The notes under the pieces were generated by a model. It was not told the DNA's origin, made no database searches, and saw nothing but the letters and a program-made list of their open reading frames with translations. Shown piece after piece: positions 1 to 9,442 of a stretch of DNA of 64,000 nt. Position 1 is the stretch's first letter; the number at the start of each line of letters is the position of its first letter. Source of the stretch: Cyanobacteria bacterium J06626_4 (lineage in GTDB: Bacteria > Cyanobacteriota > Cyanobacteriia > Phormidesmidales > Phormidesmidaceae); the NCBI GenBank assembly GCA_038523235.1, contig JBCBJQ010000006.1, forward strand, positions 32,001 to 96,000, written 5' to 3'. The position numbers and the translations under genes are program-made.

Positions 1-1
1 T

Positions 2-394
2 GACGCTCAAGATGTCTCTACGCTCCAAACGGCAGAAGCCCTCTGCCAAGCCTATGTTGCGGGTCAGCGGGCGTTTTCGGGATTGAGTCTAAATCAAGCG
101 GATTTGCGCGAGCGTGATCTCAAGGGGGCCGACCTGAGCTATGCCGAACTCAGCGACGCTGACCTGACCCGCGCTAACCTGCGGGGAACTGATCTCAGCT
201 ATGCCTCTTTGCGATCGGCTAATCTCACAGAGACTGACTTAAGAGGTGCGATGCTCATCGGCACCGATTTGCGCCAGGCGCGGCTGACCGGTACCCAACT
301 GCATGATGCCGACTACGATCCGGCGGAAACGCTCTTTCCTAAAGGTTTTGACCCGGCTCAAGCCGGGATGAAGCAAGATCGCCAGCCGTCCTAA
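2..394 (+). CDS. Pentapeptide-repeat protein, 5'-truncated by the window edge
   Basis: Frame is open from base 2; tandem A(D/N)Lxx repeats (ADLRE, ADLSY, ADLTR, ANLRG). Confidence 0.85.
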   Translation, partial: DAQDVSTLQTAEALCQAYVAGQRAFSGLSLNQADLRERDLKGADLSYAELSDADLTRANLRGTDLSYASLRSANLTETDLRGAMLIGTDLRQARLTGTQLHDADYDPAETLFPKGFDPAQAGMKQDRQPS

Positions 395-1038
395 CTTTGG
401 AGCTGATGCCCGCAGTTGGCACAAAAGCGATCGCTCGGCTGTACTGCCGCGCCGCACTGACTACAAAAGTTGGCGACCTTAGGGGCAGCATTTGCGGCTG
501 GCAAAGGGCTCGACGGAGCCGCCGGCGGCGTGGTCTCAGCGGCGGCATTACCCATCTGCATTTCCATATTGCCCATGCGCATTTGCATCGGGTTGGCATT
601 CATTTCCATATTGCCCATGGTCATCGGCGCTAGCGGCGGTATCGGGTCGATCGGCTGCATGGGGGGCATCGGTGGCATGGGATCCATCGACGGCATGGGG
701 GGCATTGGCGGCATCGGTGGGGGACTATTGGGCATGGAGGTAGCGATGCCCATCTGCATTTGCTGAGCGTTTCCTAAATTGGGAGTTTGGACCATGAGGC
801 CCAGTTGGTTGCCCTGCAGTTGAATGTGATGGTTGCCCTGGGCGGTCGTCAGCCGAATGACCAGGCCTTGCACTGTGCGAAACAGCTCTGGTGGTGCCGT
901 CCAGACGCCGGTGGTGAACTGACTGCCTGACTGCTGCTGTTGCCCAGCGCTACTCGTCGCCAGCGTGATGGTGGTTTGTTCGCCGACGTTGTTTAAGAAG
1001 ACTCTTTGGCCAGAGCCCAAATCACAGGTATATGCCAT
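391..1038 (-). CDS. Hypothetical protein with Met/Pro-rich repeats and a C-terminal zinc ribbon
   Basis: PPM-type repeats, MGNMEM twice, C-terminal CSQC..CANC. Confidence 0.8.
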   Translation of the reverse strand: MAYTCDLGSGQRVFLNNVGEQTTITLATSSAGQQQQSGSQFTTGVWTAPPELFRTVQGLVIRLTTAQGNHHIQLQGNQLGLMVQTPNLGNAQQMQMGIATSMPNSPPPMPPMPPMPSMDPMPPMPPMQPIDPIPPLAPMTMGNMEMNANPMQMRMGNMEMQMGNAAAETTPPAAPSSPLPAANAAPKVANFCSQCGAAVQPSDRFCANCGHQLQS

Positions 1039-1216
1039 GGTAATAAGCTGTCACTATCCTTCCTTTGAAACATCGAGGCGGCTAAGCGCAGGATGACGCT
1101 GCGTTCATCCGTTGCTTACTCAGTGCTGTGGTATTGGTAAACTCCGTTGCCCAAAAATCTATCCTAAAGACATCTGATCAAAACTGAAAAATTTGTGACT
1201 TTATCAGCTCAGTAAT

Positions 1217-3058
1217 TTAGAAATCGCCGTGATTCGCGATCGCGCTGGTCAGCCGTTCCATCACTTCATCGACGAGAATGGCCCCCAGTTCACCAGCGGC
1301 GCGGGTGCGAATGCTGAGGGCATTGGCCTCCTGCTCTTTGGCTCCCACAATCGCCATGACCGGGATTTTGCCTTTTTCGCCATTGCGAATCAGCTTGCCG
1401 AGGCGATCACCGCTGGTATCCACTTCGGCACGAATGCCTTGGCCTACCAGGCGATCGCACACCTGCTGGGCATAGCCCATAAGTTCGGTGGTGACGGGCA
1501 GCAGGCGAATCTGCACCGGCGCCAACCAAACGGGAAAATCGCCCGCATATTCTTCAATCAGAATGCCGATCAGGCGCTCTAGAGAACCAAAGGGCGCCCG
1601 GTGAATCATCACCGGGCGCTGGCGGCTGCCATCTTCGGTCACATATTCCAGCTCAAACCGTTCGGGCAGATTGTAGTCAACCTGCACAGTGCCCAACTGC
1701 CATTCGCGATCCAACGCATCGGTGAAAATAAAGTCGAGTTTCGGGCCGTAAAACGCCGCTTCGCCCACGCCCTCAAAGTAGTCCATACCCAATGTTTCTA
1801 CCGCGCGTCGAATGGCATTCTCCGACGTTTCCCACACTTCATCCGAGCCGATGTATTTGTCAGAATCGGGATCACGGAAGCTGAGCCGCGCCTTAAACTG
1901 CTTAAGTTGTAGGCTCTTGAACACGGTGAGGATTAAATCCACCACTTTCAAAAACTCATCATCGAGCTGCTCGGGTGTCACGAACAGGTGCGCATCATCG
2001 ACGGTGAAGCCGCGCACGCGGGTCAGCCCGCCCAACTCGCCCGACTGCTCGTAGCGATAAACGGTGCCAAATTCCGCCAGGCGAATCGGCAGCTCTCGAT
2101 AAGACCGCAGCTCACTCTTAAAAATCTGAATGTGGAACGGACAGTTCATCGGCTTCATGACAAAGCCCAGTTCGTCAGCGCGATCGCCGTCATCCTCGGC
2201 CATCATTGGGAACATGTCTTCTTTATACTTTTGCCAGTGCCCCGAAGTTTTGAAGAGATCCGTGCGGGCGATATGGGGCGTAACGACGGGCAAATAGCCC
2301 CGCTTGAGCTGCTCCTTCTTCAGGAAATCTTCTAGAGTCGATCGCAAGAGAGTGCCTTTGGGTGTCCACAATGGCAATCCCGGCCCGACGATATCGGTGA
2401 AGATAAACAGCCCCAGCTCTTTCCCCAATTTGCGGTGGTCGCGGCGTTTGGCTTCTTCGCGGCGGCGCTTATATTCCGCCAGCTGTTCGGGAGTTTCCCA
2501 GGCGGTGCCATAGATGCGCTGCAGCTGCGCCTTGCTGGAATCACCGCGCCAATAGGCTCCCGCGACCGATTCCAGTTCAAAGGCCTTCGGGTGCAAATCT
2601 TTGGTGGTTTCTACGTGGGGGCCAGCGCAGAGATCCCACCAGTCCTCACCCAGGTGATATATCGTAATCGGGTCTTCCAGCCCTTCTAAGATCTCTAGTT
2701 TGTAAGACTCCCCGAGTGCTTGGATGCGGCGCTGAGCTTCTTCCCGGCTCACCTCTTCCCGCTCAACCGGCAAACCCTTATTGATGATTTTGATCATCTG
2801 CTTTTTAATCGCCTTGAGATCCTTTTCGGTAAAGGCGTCAGGGCTATCGAAGTCATAATAAAAGCCGTAGTCAATCGACGGGCCGATGGTGACCTGCGCC
2901 TTGGGAAACAGCTTTTGCACCGCCATCGCCATCACATGGGAAAACGTATGGCGAATGCGCTTAAGCTTTTCCGACTCGTTGGTGCGAGGAAGATGAATCT
3001 TTTCGGGCAGGTCGTCGGCTTGATCCATAGTGAGCGGGTGAGAGGATGGCGAGGTCAC
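1217..3058 (-). CDS. thrS: Threonine--tRNA ligase
   Basis: DLCAGPH, RDHRKLG, KPMNCP, GLTRVRGF, FYGPKLD, HRAPFGSLER motifs. Confidence 0.98.
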   Translation of the reverse strand: MTSPSSHPLTMDQADDLPEKIHLPRTNESEKLKRIRHTFSHVMAMAVQKLFPKAQVTIGPSIDYGFYYDFDSPDAFTEKDLKAIKKQMIKIINKGLPVEREEVSREEAQRRIQALGESYKLEILEGLEDPITIYHLGEDWWDLCAGPHVETTKDLHPKAFELESVAGAYWRGDSSKAQLQRIYGTAWETPEQLAEYKRRREEAKRRDHRKLGKELGLFIFTDIVGPGLPLWTPKGTLLRSTLEDFLKKEQLKRGYLPVVTPHIARTDLFKTSGHWQKYKEDMFPMMAEDDGDRADELGFVMKPMNCPFHIQIFKSELRSYRELPIRLAEFGTVYRYEQSGELGGLTRVRGFTVDDAHLFVTPEQLDDEFLKVVDLILTVFKSLQLKQFKARLSFRDPDSDKYIGSDEVWETSENAIRRAVETLGMDYFEGVGEAAFYGPKLDFIFTDALDREWQLGTVQVDYNLPERFELEYVTEDGSRQRPVMIHRAPFGSLERLIGILIEEYAGDFPVWLAPVQIRLLPVTTELMGYAQQVCDRLVGQGIRAEVDTSGDRLGKLIRNGEKGKIPVMAIVGAKEQEANALSIRTRAAGELGAILVDEVMERLTSAIANHGDF

Positions 3059-3294
3059 AACAGATAGTCTACAAGGGAAGGTTAAAGTCCTACCGGGTTC
3101 TGCTGCTGCTTTTATCCTAATCGGTGAGATCGCGGTTGGGGGCGGCGATCGCGTCTAGTCCCAGCGAATCCACCCCTTGGATGTAGCCGTGAAGGGCCAG
3201 GGGTGAATTTTGACCTCAACCCTCGTCCCAAAGTCGTCAAGAGGGGGGCGTTTCTCCTCAGATTTCGGCAATGTGTTGACTAGTGGAGCCGCGC

Positions 3295-3323
3295 TTGACA
3301 GCACTCACCCAGCACCCTAAGGT
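3295..3323 (+). promoter_or_regulatory. Sigma70-type promoter candidate
   Basis: TTGACA-17 nt-TAAGGT upstream of the ORF at 3410. Confidence 0.55.
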
Positions 3324-3409
3324 CAAAGCCTAGTGACTCAGCGGGCGATCGCTGCCGCTGACCGTCGCCCTGCCATTGCTCCCGCCCTCTTACAGGAATT
3401 TAGCCGCCC

Positions 3410-3706
3410 ATGCGTTGCACTATCATTAGCCGTGCCGGACAAGTTCTTGCCCACGGACGGCTGTTTATCAGTCATGAAGAAGACGGCCTGCGACTCAATT
3501 TAGAAACAGATCGCGGTCTGATTTTGCCGGGTGGTCTGCTCGAAGACGATGGCGACATGACGGTGGCGAGCGGCGTGCTGGCAGATCAGTTTTTTGATGT
3601 GTGGGGCATGAGCGACCTCACCTTGAGCATTCAATGCGGCCATCAAGGCGATGCCCCCAACGGCATGTTGCCGCCCTCTGGCGATATCGATATGTCGCTG
3701 CTGTAA
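3410..3706 (+). CDS. Hypothetical protein (98 aa)
   Basis: ATG start after AGGA; protein-like composition; fills the gap between genes. Confidence 0.65.
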   Translation: MRCTIISRAGQVLAHGRLFISHEEDGLRLNLETDRGLILPGGLLEDDGDMTVASGVLADQFFDVWGMSDLTLSIQCGHQGDAPNGMLPPSGDIDMSLL

Positions 3707-3774
3707 AAATCATTCAGTCCCCATCGCCGCGCAAAATTTGGCGCTATCGTTGGCCTTAAGCGTTGGAGCAAGCG

Positions 3775-5976
3775 ATGGCTTTTTGGGAAAGTGCAATTAG
3801 TGGCATCGCGGTCACAATTGTTGAGCAATCAATTAAAGCTGGTGGTTGGGTCGGCAACCAAATGAAAAAAGCCTACCAAGACACTCAGCAGTGGCAAAGG
3901 CTTGACCAAGCTAATAAGGACTACGTGCAGCGCTACGAAAAGCGCCACTGCCAGGTGAAGATGATGCCGGGGCTGATGAAGGAGCCCTTGCCCCTAGAAG
4001 ATATCTACACGGCGGTGAAGCTGCTGGATGATGACAGTATTGGCGCTTTTATCCGGGTAGATGACCTAGAAGAAACCTATCGGGCCAAAGGGCGACGTAG
4101 CTTTGGCCGAGATGAGGGGGAGCGACAAGACGGTATCCCGGTTGCCAATGCCGAGCCGTATTTGATGGTGCTGGGCGGCCCTGGTATCGGTAAATCGACC
4201 TTTTTACGCAAGATTGGCCTGGAAGCGCTGAAAAAAGACGGTCAGATTAAGCGCGACTGCATTCCGGTGCTGATTGAGCTGAAGGAACTGCGCGATGAAA
4301 CCGTTGACCTGAAGCAAAAGCTGGTGGCGGAGTTTGAGACCTGTGGCTTTCCGGCAGCGGCGGCGTTTACTGCAGCCTCGTTAGAGCAGGGCAAACTGCT
4401 GGTGCTGCTGGACGGGCTGGATGAAGTGCCCACCCGTAACCTCAACACGGTGATTGAGCACATCGAAGATTTTGTCGATGCCCATGACCAAAATACGTTT
4501 GTCGCCTCTTGCCGCATCGCCGCCTATCGCGGCAGTCAGGGCACTTTCTTTCAGCGCTTTACCGATGTCACCCTGGCCGAGTTTGATGACGAGCAAATTG
4601 AGCAGTTCATTCGCCGCTGGTTTCGTTCAGAGCTGGATCAGCAGACCGGTACCGCTGACAAATATTGGGAGCTGTTGCAAAAGGACGAAAACCAAGCCAC
4701 GAAAGAACTGGCTCAAACGCCGCTGCTGCTGACGTTTCTTTGTTTGGTTTACGATCGTCAGCAAATGCTGCCGACCCAACGCAGCACCCTGTATGGCAAG
4801 GCGCTCGATATTTTGCTGTCGGAATGGTCGGCCCAAAAGCGACTAGAGCATGATCCGATTTACGAAGGCTTTCACCCCGATTTAGAAAAGGTGCTGCTGG
4901 CGCAGATTGCCTACGACAGCTTTAAGCAAGACCAACTGTTCTTTTTGAAGGATGATATTACCCGCCGCATCGGTGAGTTTTTGGCCGATACGTTGGATGC
5001 ACCCAAGCACTTGGATGGAGCAGCGGTATTAAGCGCAATTGAACGACAGCAGGGTATTTTGGTCGAGCGAGCTACCGATATCTATTCGTTTTCACACCTG
5101 ACGCTGCAAGAATATCTCACGGCATTTCATATTGTGGAAGCGCGGTTAGAAGCTGAGGTAATCAAGCAGCATTTGACTGACGAGCGCTGGCGCGAGGTGT
5201 TTTTGTTGATGTCAGGCCTAAGCGGCAATCGCGCCATCGACCTGCTGCAGGGGCTATATAGTCAGTCACAGACCTACCGGCAAGGGTATCTTAGGCTTGG
5301 CCAACTGCTTCAGTGGACCAGCGATAGTACTGCTGGTTCTGGAAACATGTACTTACCACTAGCTAAAAGAGCCAGTGCGCTGGCGACAGCGATCTCGTTC
5401 ACCTTTGCCTTTGCTAGCGCCATCGCCAGAAACAGCGACAGCGACAGCGCCATCTCCTTTGCCAGCGCCAGCGTTCTCGACAGCGCCATCTCCATCGCCA
5501 GAAACAGCGACAGCACCATCATCAGAAACATTTTCGACGACCCCTTCGAAAGCGATATCGCCAACGACATCGCTTTCACCATTGCCTTCGGCGTCGCCAA
5601 TGCCAGCACCAACCCCAGAACCAGCGCTAGGGCTAGAATCAGCGCTAGAGTCAGCAATGTTGCTAACGACCTTGAGCATATATTTGAAAGCCCTAAATTT
5701 GCAGATTTGCCCGCTCAGTCAAAACAGCTGTCAGATCAGGTGCCTGACGAGAAAGATGCTCCCGAAGCTTGGCAAGCCTGGGCCGATGAGCTGGAAGCAC
5801 TCTGGTTAGATGCCCTTGACCTTGATCGCGCCGACCTGACCTTCACACAGGAAGAAACCGAAGCTCTACGCGACTATCTGTACGCGACGGAGCTGCTGAT
5901 TTGCTGTAAGGATGCGGCGGTGCGCATTCCTAAGCAGGCATGGGCTGAGCTGGAGGCGCGTTTGCTCATGGTGTAG
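3775..5976 (+). CDS. NACHT-family STAND NTPase
   Basis: Walker A GGPGIGKS, Walker B LLVLLDGLDEV, TPLLL, FSHLTLQEYL, WREVFLL; ATG at 3775 after GGAG. Confidence 0.9.
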   Translation: MAFWESAISGIAVTIVEQSIKAGGWVGNQMKKAYQDTQQWQRLDQANKDYVQRYEKRHCQVKMMPGLMKEPLPLEDIYTAVKLLDDDSIGAFIRVDDLEETYRAKGRRSFGRDEGERQDGIPVANAEPYLMVLGGPGIGKSTFLRKIGLEALKKDGQIKRDCIPVLIELKELRDETVDLKQKLVAEFETCGFPAAAAFTAASLEQGKLLVLLDGLDEVPTRNLNTVIEHIEDFVDAHDQNTFVASCRIAAYRGSQGTFFQRFTDVTLAEFDDEQIEQFIRRWFRSELDQQTGTADKYWELLQKDENQATKELAQTPLLLTFLCLVYDRQQMLPTQRSTLYGKALDILLSEWSAQKRLEHDPIYEGFHPDLEKVLLAQIAYDSFKQDQLFFLKDDITRRIGEFLADTLDAPKHLDGAAVLSAIERQQGILVERATDIYSFSHLTLQEYLTAFHIVEARLEAEVIKQHLTDERWREVFLLMSGLSGNRAIDLLQGLYSQSQTYRQGYLRLGQLLQWTSDSTAGSGNMYLPLAKRASALATAISFTFAFASAIARNSDSDSAISFASASVLDSAISIARNSDSTIIRNIFDDPFESDIANDIAFTIAFGVANASTNPRTSARARISARVSNVANDLEHIFESPKFADLPAQSKQLSDQVPDEKDAPEAWQAWADELEALWLDALDLDRADLTFTQEETEALRDYLYATELLICCKDAAVRIPKQAWAELEARLLMV

Positions 5977-6154
5977 CTACCGTGCCGTTTGGGCACTGCG
6001 TCGATCGCTCACGCTGGGAACAATCCTTTGCCGCGATCGCTCTACAAATGCAAGTAGGGTGAGCATCGCCACACGATTTGTTGTGTTGAGTCTTGATGGG
6101 GACTGACTGCTCTACGCTGAGTGAGTGCCCCTTTATACTTACTGCATTTATTTG

Positions 6155-7435
6155 ATGATTAACTTCAACGCTTTACGTCACCTGGCGAGCGGCCTGGCCC
6201 TTTCTCTCACCGTCGGCCTGGTGACCGGAACCGCCACCCCAAGCCCGAGTGAGGCAAACGAATTGCCGCCTCAACTGGCCCAAGCCACGGTGGCCTTTTC
6301 CGATATTAGCGGCAACCTCTATGAAGCCGAAATTATTCGAGCGGCGCAGCTGGGCCTGATTGCTGGCCCGGGCGATGGCACTTTTCGCCCCAACAACACC
6401 GTCACCCGTGAGCAAGCCGTGTCGATTATTTTGGCCTACGGCGGGGTCACCAATGCCGCGACCAGCGAGGCGACCAATCCCTTTAGCGACGTGCCAGCGG
6501 GCCGTTGGAGCGCCGACAAAATTGCCTATGCGGCGCAAATCCGCATTGTGGCGGGCCGAGGCGATGGTCGTTTTGACCCGACGGCCACCGTCACCCGCGC
6601 CGAGCTGATGTCGATGCTCGACAATGCCCAAGATTTTTTTGCCGCGCCACGCGAGCCTTTCCCTGAGCCTAACTTCACTTTTTCCGATATGACGGGTCAT
6701 TGGGCAGCGGATACCGTCGCTTGGATGACTCAATTTTGTGACGGTGTGGCCCGGCCCCTCAACGAGTCGGGCACGGCCTTTGCCCCCGATGCCGGTGCCA
6801 CCCGTGCCTACACAGCGGCGGCGGTGACCCGCTTAGCGGACTGTGCTGACTACGAAAATGGCACGGCACCCTCGGGTGCGATCGCCCCCGAGGTGAGCCA
6901 ACCGCCGCCGCCAGAGACGCCACAGGTGGCTGGGGCGATCGATCAAACGACGATCACGGCCCTGCTAGAGGCCCACAACCGTTACCGCGCCGAGGTAGGG
7001 GTGCCGCCGCTCACCTGGTCGCCGACCTTAGCGGCAGGGGCCCAAGCCTGGGCCAATGCTTTAGTGTTTGAACATAGCAGTGGCAGCGGCGTGGGCGAAA
7101 ATCTGGCCGTCGATGTGGGCTCTGACGCCAGCCTGACGTCGATTTTGGGGCTAGTCGATAATTGGGCGGTGGAAAAGAACAATAACTATATCCCCGGCAT
7201 CTCCTTTAGTGAAGCAAGGACCCGAGCGTCTGGCGTAATTGGGCATTACACCCAAATGGTTTGGCGCGATACGACGGAGGTCGGCTGTGGGGTGGCGCGA
7301 GGCGTGCATCGCGATGGCAATGGCGGCGTGCTGTTCCCGAGTTTTGTCGATCAGGCGGGAAATCCGGTGCCGGGTAATTATTTGGTCTGCCGGTATAGTC
7401 CCCAAGGCAACATCTTGAATCAAGTGCCGTACTAG
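6155..7435 (+). CDS. Secreted S-layer-homology (SLH) + CAP/SCP domain protein
   Basis: Signal-like N-terminus; SLH motifs (FRPNNTVTREQ, FSDVPAGRW, TRAE); CAP motifs HNRYR, GENLA, GHYTQMVW, VCRYSPQGN. Confidence 0.88.
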   Translation: MINFNALRHLASGLALSLTVGLVTGTATPSPSEANELPPQLAQATVAFSDISGNLYEAEIIRAAQLGLIAGPGDGTFRPNNTVTREQAVSIILAYGGVTNAATSEATNPFSDVPAGRWSADKIAYAAQIRIVAGRGDGRFDPTATVTRAELMSMLDNAQDFFAAPREPFPEPNFTFSDMTGHWAADTVAWMTQFCDGVARPLNESGTAFAPDAGATRAYTAAAVTRLADCADYENGTAPSGAIAPEVSQPPPPETPQVAGAIDQTTITALLEAHNRYRAEVGVPPLTWSPTLAAGAQAWANALVFEHSSGSGVGENLAVDVGSDASLTSILGLVDNWAVEKNNNYIPGISFSEARTRASGVIGHYTQMVWRDTTEVGCGVARGVHRDGNGGVLFPSFVDQAGNPVPGNYLVCRYSPQGNILNQVPY

Positions 7436-7561
7436 GGGCTGTCATCAATTAGCGGTTAAGTCCTAATGCTGAAAGCAGTTCAGCCCCTAGCCAATTTTAC
7501 AGAGCGGGCGCGGTAATGCCTATACCGAAAGCATTCTGGGTTTAATTGATAACGCGCCCTA
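7433..7561. mobile_element. Putative MITE (about 129 bp)
   Basis: Terminal inverted repeats TAGGGGCTGTCATCAATTA / TAATTGATAACGCGCCCTA (15 of 19 match); no coding capacity. Confidence 0.5.
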
Positions 7562-7577
7562 AGGGAAGGGGGCTGTT

Positions 7578-9221
7578 CTACAGGTTTAGTACTAGCTGGT
7601 CAACCGACGATTGCGGCTGGGGCTGGCGTTTGCGCGCTTTGGGCGGCGTGATGTTGGTGTGGGCAACAAACCAGGTGCGGAGTGCCCTCGCCTGGGTGGT
7701 ATCCAACGTGGCCAAATCGAGGGGCGGCGGAAACAGGGTTTCGGTCGGGGTATTGGCCCAAGTGACATCGCTGGTATAGCGATCGCTGCCAAAGGGGGTA
7801 ACGTCATCCGGTAGGGCGGCCAGATAGGGCACTACATTGGTTTGACTGAGGAAGCGACCGCGCTGGGTTTCGAGCTGCGCAACTCGCTTTTGTCGGGCGG
7901 CGGCATAGTCCAAAATGGGGGCGGGGTAGCTATCCACCGGCGGCGGCGTGCCCAACTGCTGGGGCGAGAGCTGGGCCAGCTCCGGCACCCAGCGTTTGAT
8001 GAATTGGCCTTCGGGGTCGCAGCGATCGACTGCCACCTGCCCCGGATTGTAGATGCGCGTCCACGACTTATCGAGGCAGTGGGTGACGCCCGACTGCATG
8101 GCCCACTGGTAATGATCGATCGGGCAGTCGCCATCGATCAGGTGTCGCATAAAGTGCAGCGCCCCCAGTCGCCAGTCCATCCCCAACAAATTGCCTAAAA
8201 AGCTGGCATAAATTGCCCGCGATCGAAAGTTGAGCGCTTGCCAACCGCCGGTCGCCTGCAGGCAACGCGCCGCCGCATCCACCATGGGAAAGCCCGTTTG
8301 CCCCACCTGCCAGGCGCGATAGCGATCTTCGTCAAACTCCCAGCCATCTTCATCAAAGACGGTGTAGAGCGATCGCAGCTCTAACTGCGGCAAATAGCGA
8401 AAGCGTTGGGCAAAACCGCTGCCCCAGCGCAGGCGAGCTAACAGCTGCTGCTGACTGCGCTTAATGCGAAAGTCGCCGTGGTCAGGCGCTTGCTGCAGGG
8501 TCTGCACGCATTCCCGCACGGAGATCGCCCCAAACTTAATGTGGGGACTCAGCCCCGTCGTCGCCTCGGCACTGGGATAGGAAAGTTGCCAATAGTAGCG
8601 ATCGCTTTTGTCAGTAAAAAATTGCGTCAACAGCTCACGGGCCGCAGCGGTGCCCCCGGCAGGAATCAGCTTGTCATCGGGCACATGGGCTAAATCCGTG
8701 AGGGCAGGCAGAGCATCGCTGGCGATTTCTGGGGGCACTTCGATGCGCGGCGGTGTCGGCACTGGGGCGGCTGCCATATCTCGCCACCAGCGCGATCGGT
8801 ACTGCGGATAAGCCATCAAGTCGGGCCGGCTAGCGGGCGGTTCAAACCAGCGAATCTTCATGCCGCGATCGGCTAAGGCGGCGTTAAGCCGAGCGTCGCG
8901 CACGCGGCCATAAATGCGTTCGCAATCGGTGTAGGCGTAGATGCCTTCGGCCCCGGTCGCGGCGACCAAATCGGGGAGGACCGTGACCGGATCGCCCGAT
9001 CGCAAAATCAGACGTCCTCCGCGACTTTGCAGATCGGCATCCAGCGAGGCCAGGCAATCCAACATAAAGGCCACCCGCGCTGAGCCCGTTTCTGGATGCA
9101 GCAGGAGTGATCGATCAAAGACAAAAATCGGTATCACCAAACCGCGCCGCGCCGCTCGAAACAGAGGCTCGTGGTCACAAATACGCAAATCTCGGCGAAA
9201 CCAAACAATCGTGCGATTCAT
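7578..9221 (-). CDS. Cryptochrome/DNA photolyase family protein
   Basis: WFRRDLRICDH N-terminus, LSPHIKFG, GQTGFPMVDA, RIYNP, FIKRWVPEL. Confidence 0.9.
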   Translation of the reverse strand: MNRTIVWFRRDLRICDHEPLFRAARRGLVIPIFVFDRSLLLHPETGSARVAFMLDCLASLDADLQSRGGRLILRSGDPVTVLPDLVAATGAEGIYAYTDCERIYGRVRDARLNAALADRGMKIRWFEPPASRPDLMAYPQYRSRWWRDMAAAPVPTPPRIEVPPEIASDALPALTDLAHVPDDKLIPAGGTAAARELLTQFFTDKSDRYYWQLSYPSAEATTGLSPHIKFGAISVRECVQTLQQAPDHGDFRIKRSQQQLLARLRWGSGFAQRFRYLPQLELRSLYTVFDEDGWEFDEDRYRAWQVGQTGFPMVDAAARCLQATGGWQALNFRSRAIYASFLGNLLGMDWRLGALHFMRHLIDGDCPIDHYQWAMQSGVTHCLDKSWTRIYNPGQVAVDRCDPEGQFIKRWVPELAQLSPQQLGTPPPVDSYPAPILDYAAARQKRVAQLETQRGRFLSQTNVVPYLAALPDDVTPFGSDRYTSDVTWANTPTETLFPPPLDLATLDTTQARALRTWFVAHTNITPPKARKRQPQPQSSVDQLVLNL

Positions 9222-9325
9222 GGTGACAGCGGCTAGACAGACCAGAGAGACAGGAAAATACTCGTTTTGTCACCTTAGCAAATCTTCAAAATCGTGACCT
9301 CTTAGGCGAGCCCCTTTACTAGTTG

Positions 9326-9339
9326 AATACACTTGTACT
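9326..9339. promoter_or_regulatory. LexA-like box candidate
   Basis: AGTACAAGTGTATT on the minus strand, one mismatch to the cyanobacterial consensus RGTACNNNDGTWCB. Confidence 0.4.
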
Positions 9340-9442
9340 ACTATTGACATAGATTCAATCCCCGCTCTGAAATCGTTGCCTGAGTTTGCGACCCAGCGCT
9401 GACCGATTTAACGAGCTTCACCGTTGTTGAGGAGGGCAAATC

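Noticed and set aside
3299..3325. CIRCE element (AGCACTC half-site)
   Set aside because: The second half, GAGTGCTAA, is absent.
5370..5670. Diversity-generating retroelement variable region (many NNC codons)
   Set aside because: There is no reverse transcriptase or template repeat in the window; hexamer-repeat slippage explains the pattern better.
5310..5809. Alternative-frame low-complexity ORFs over the NACHT repeat
   Set aside because: They are by-products of a stop-poor repeat sequence.
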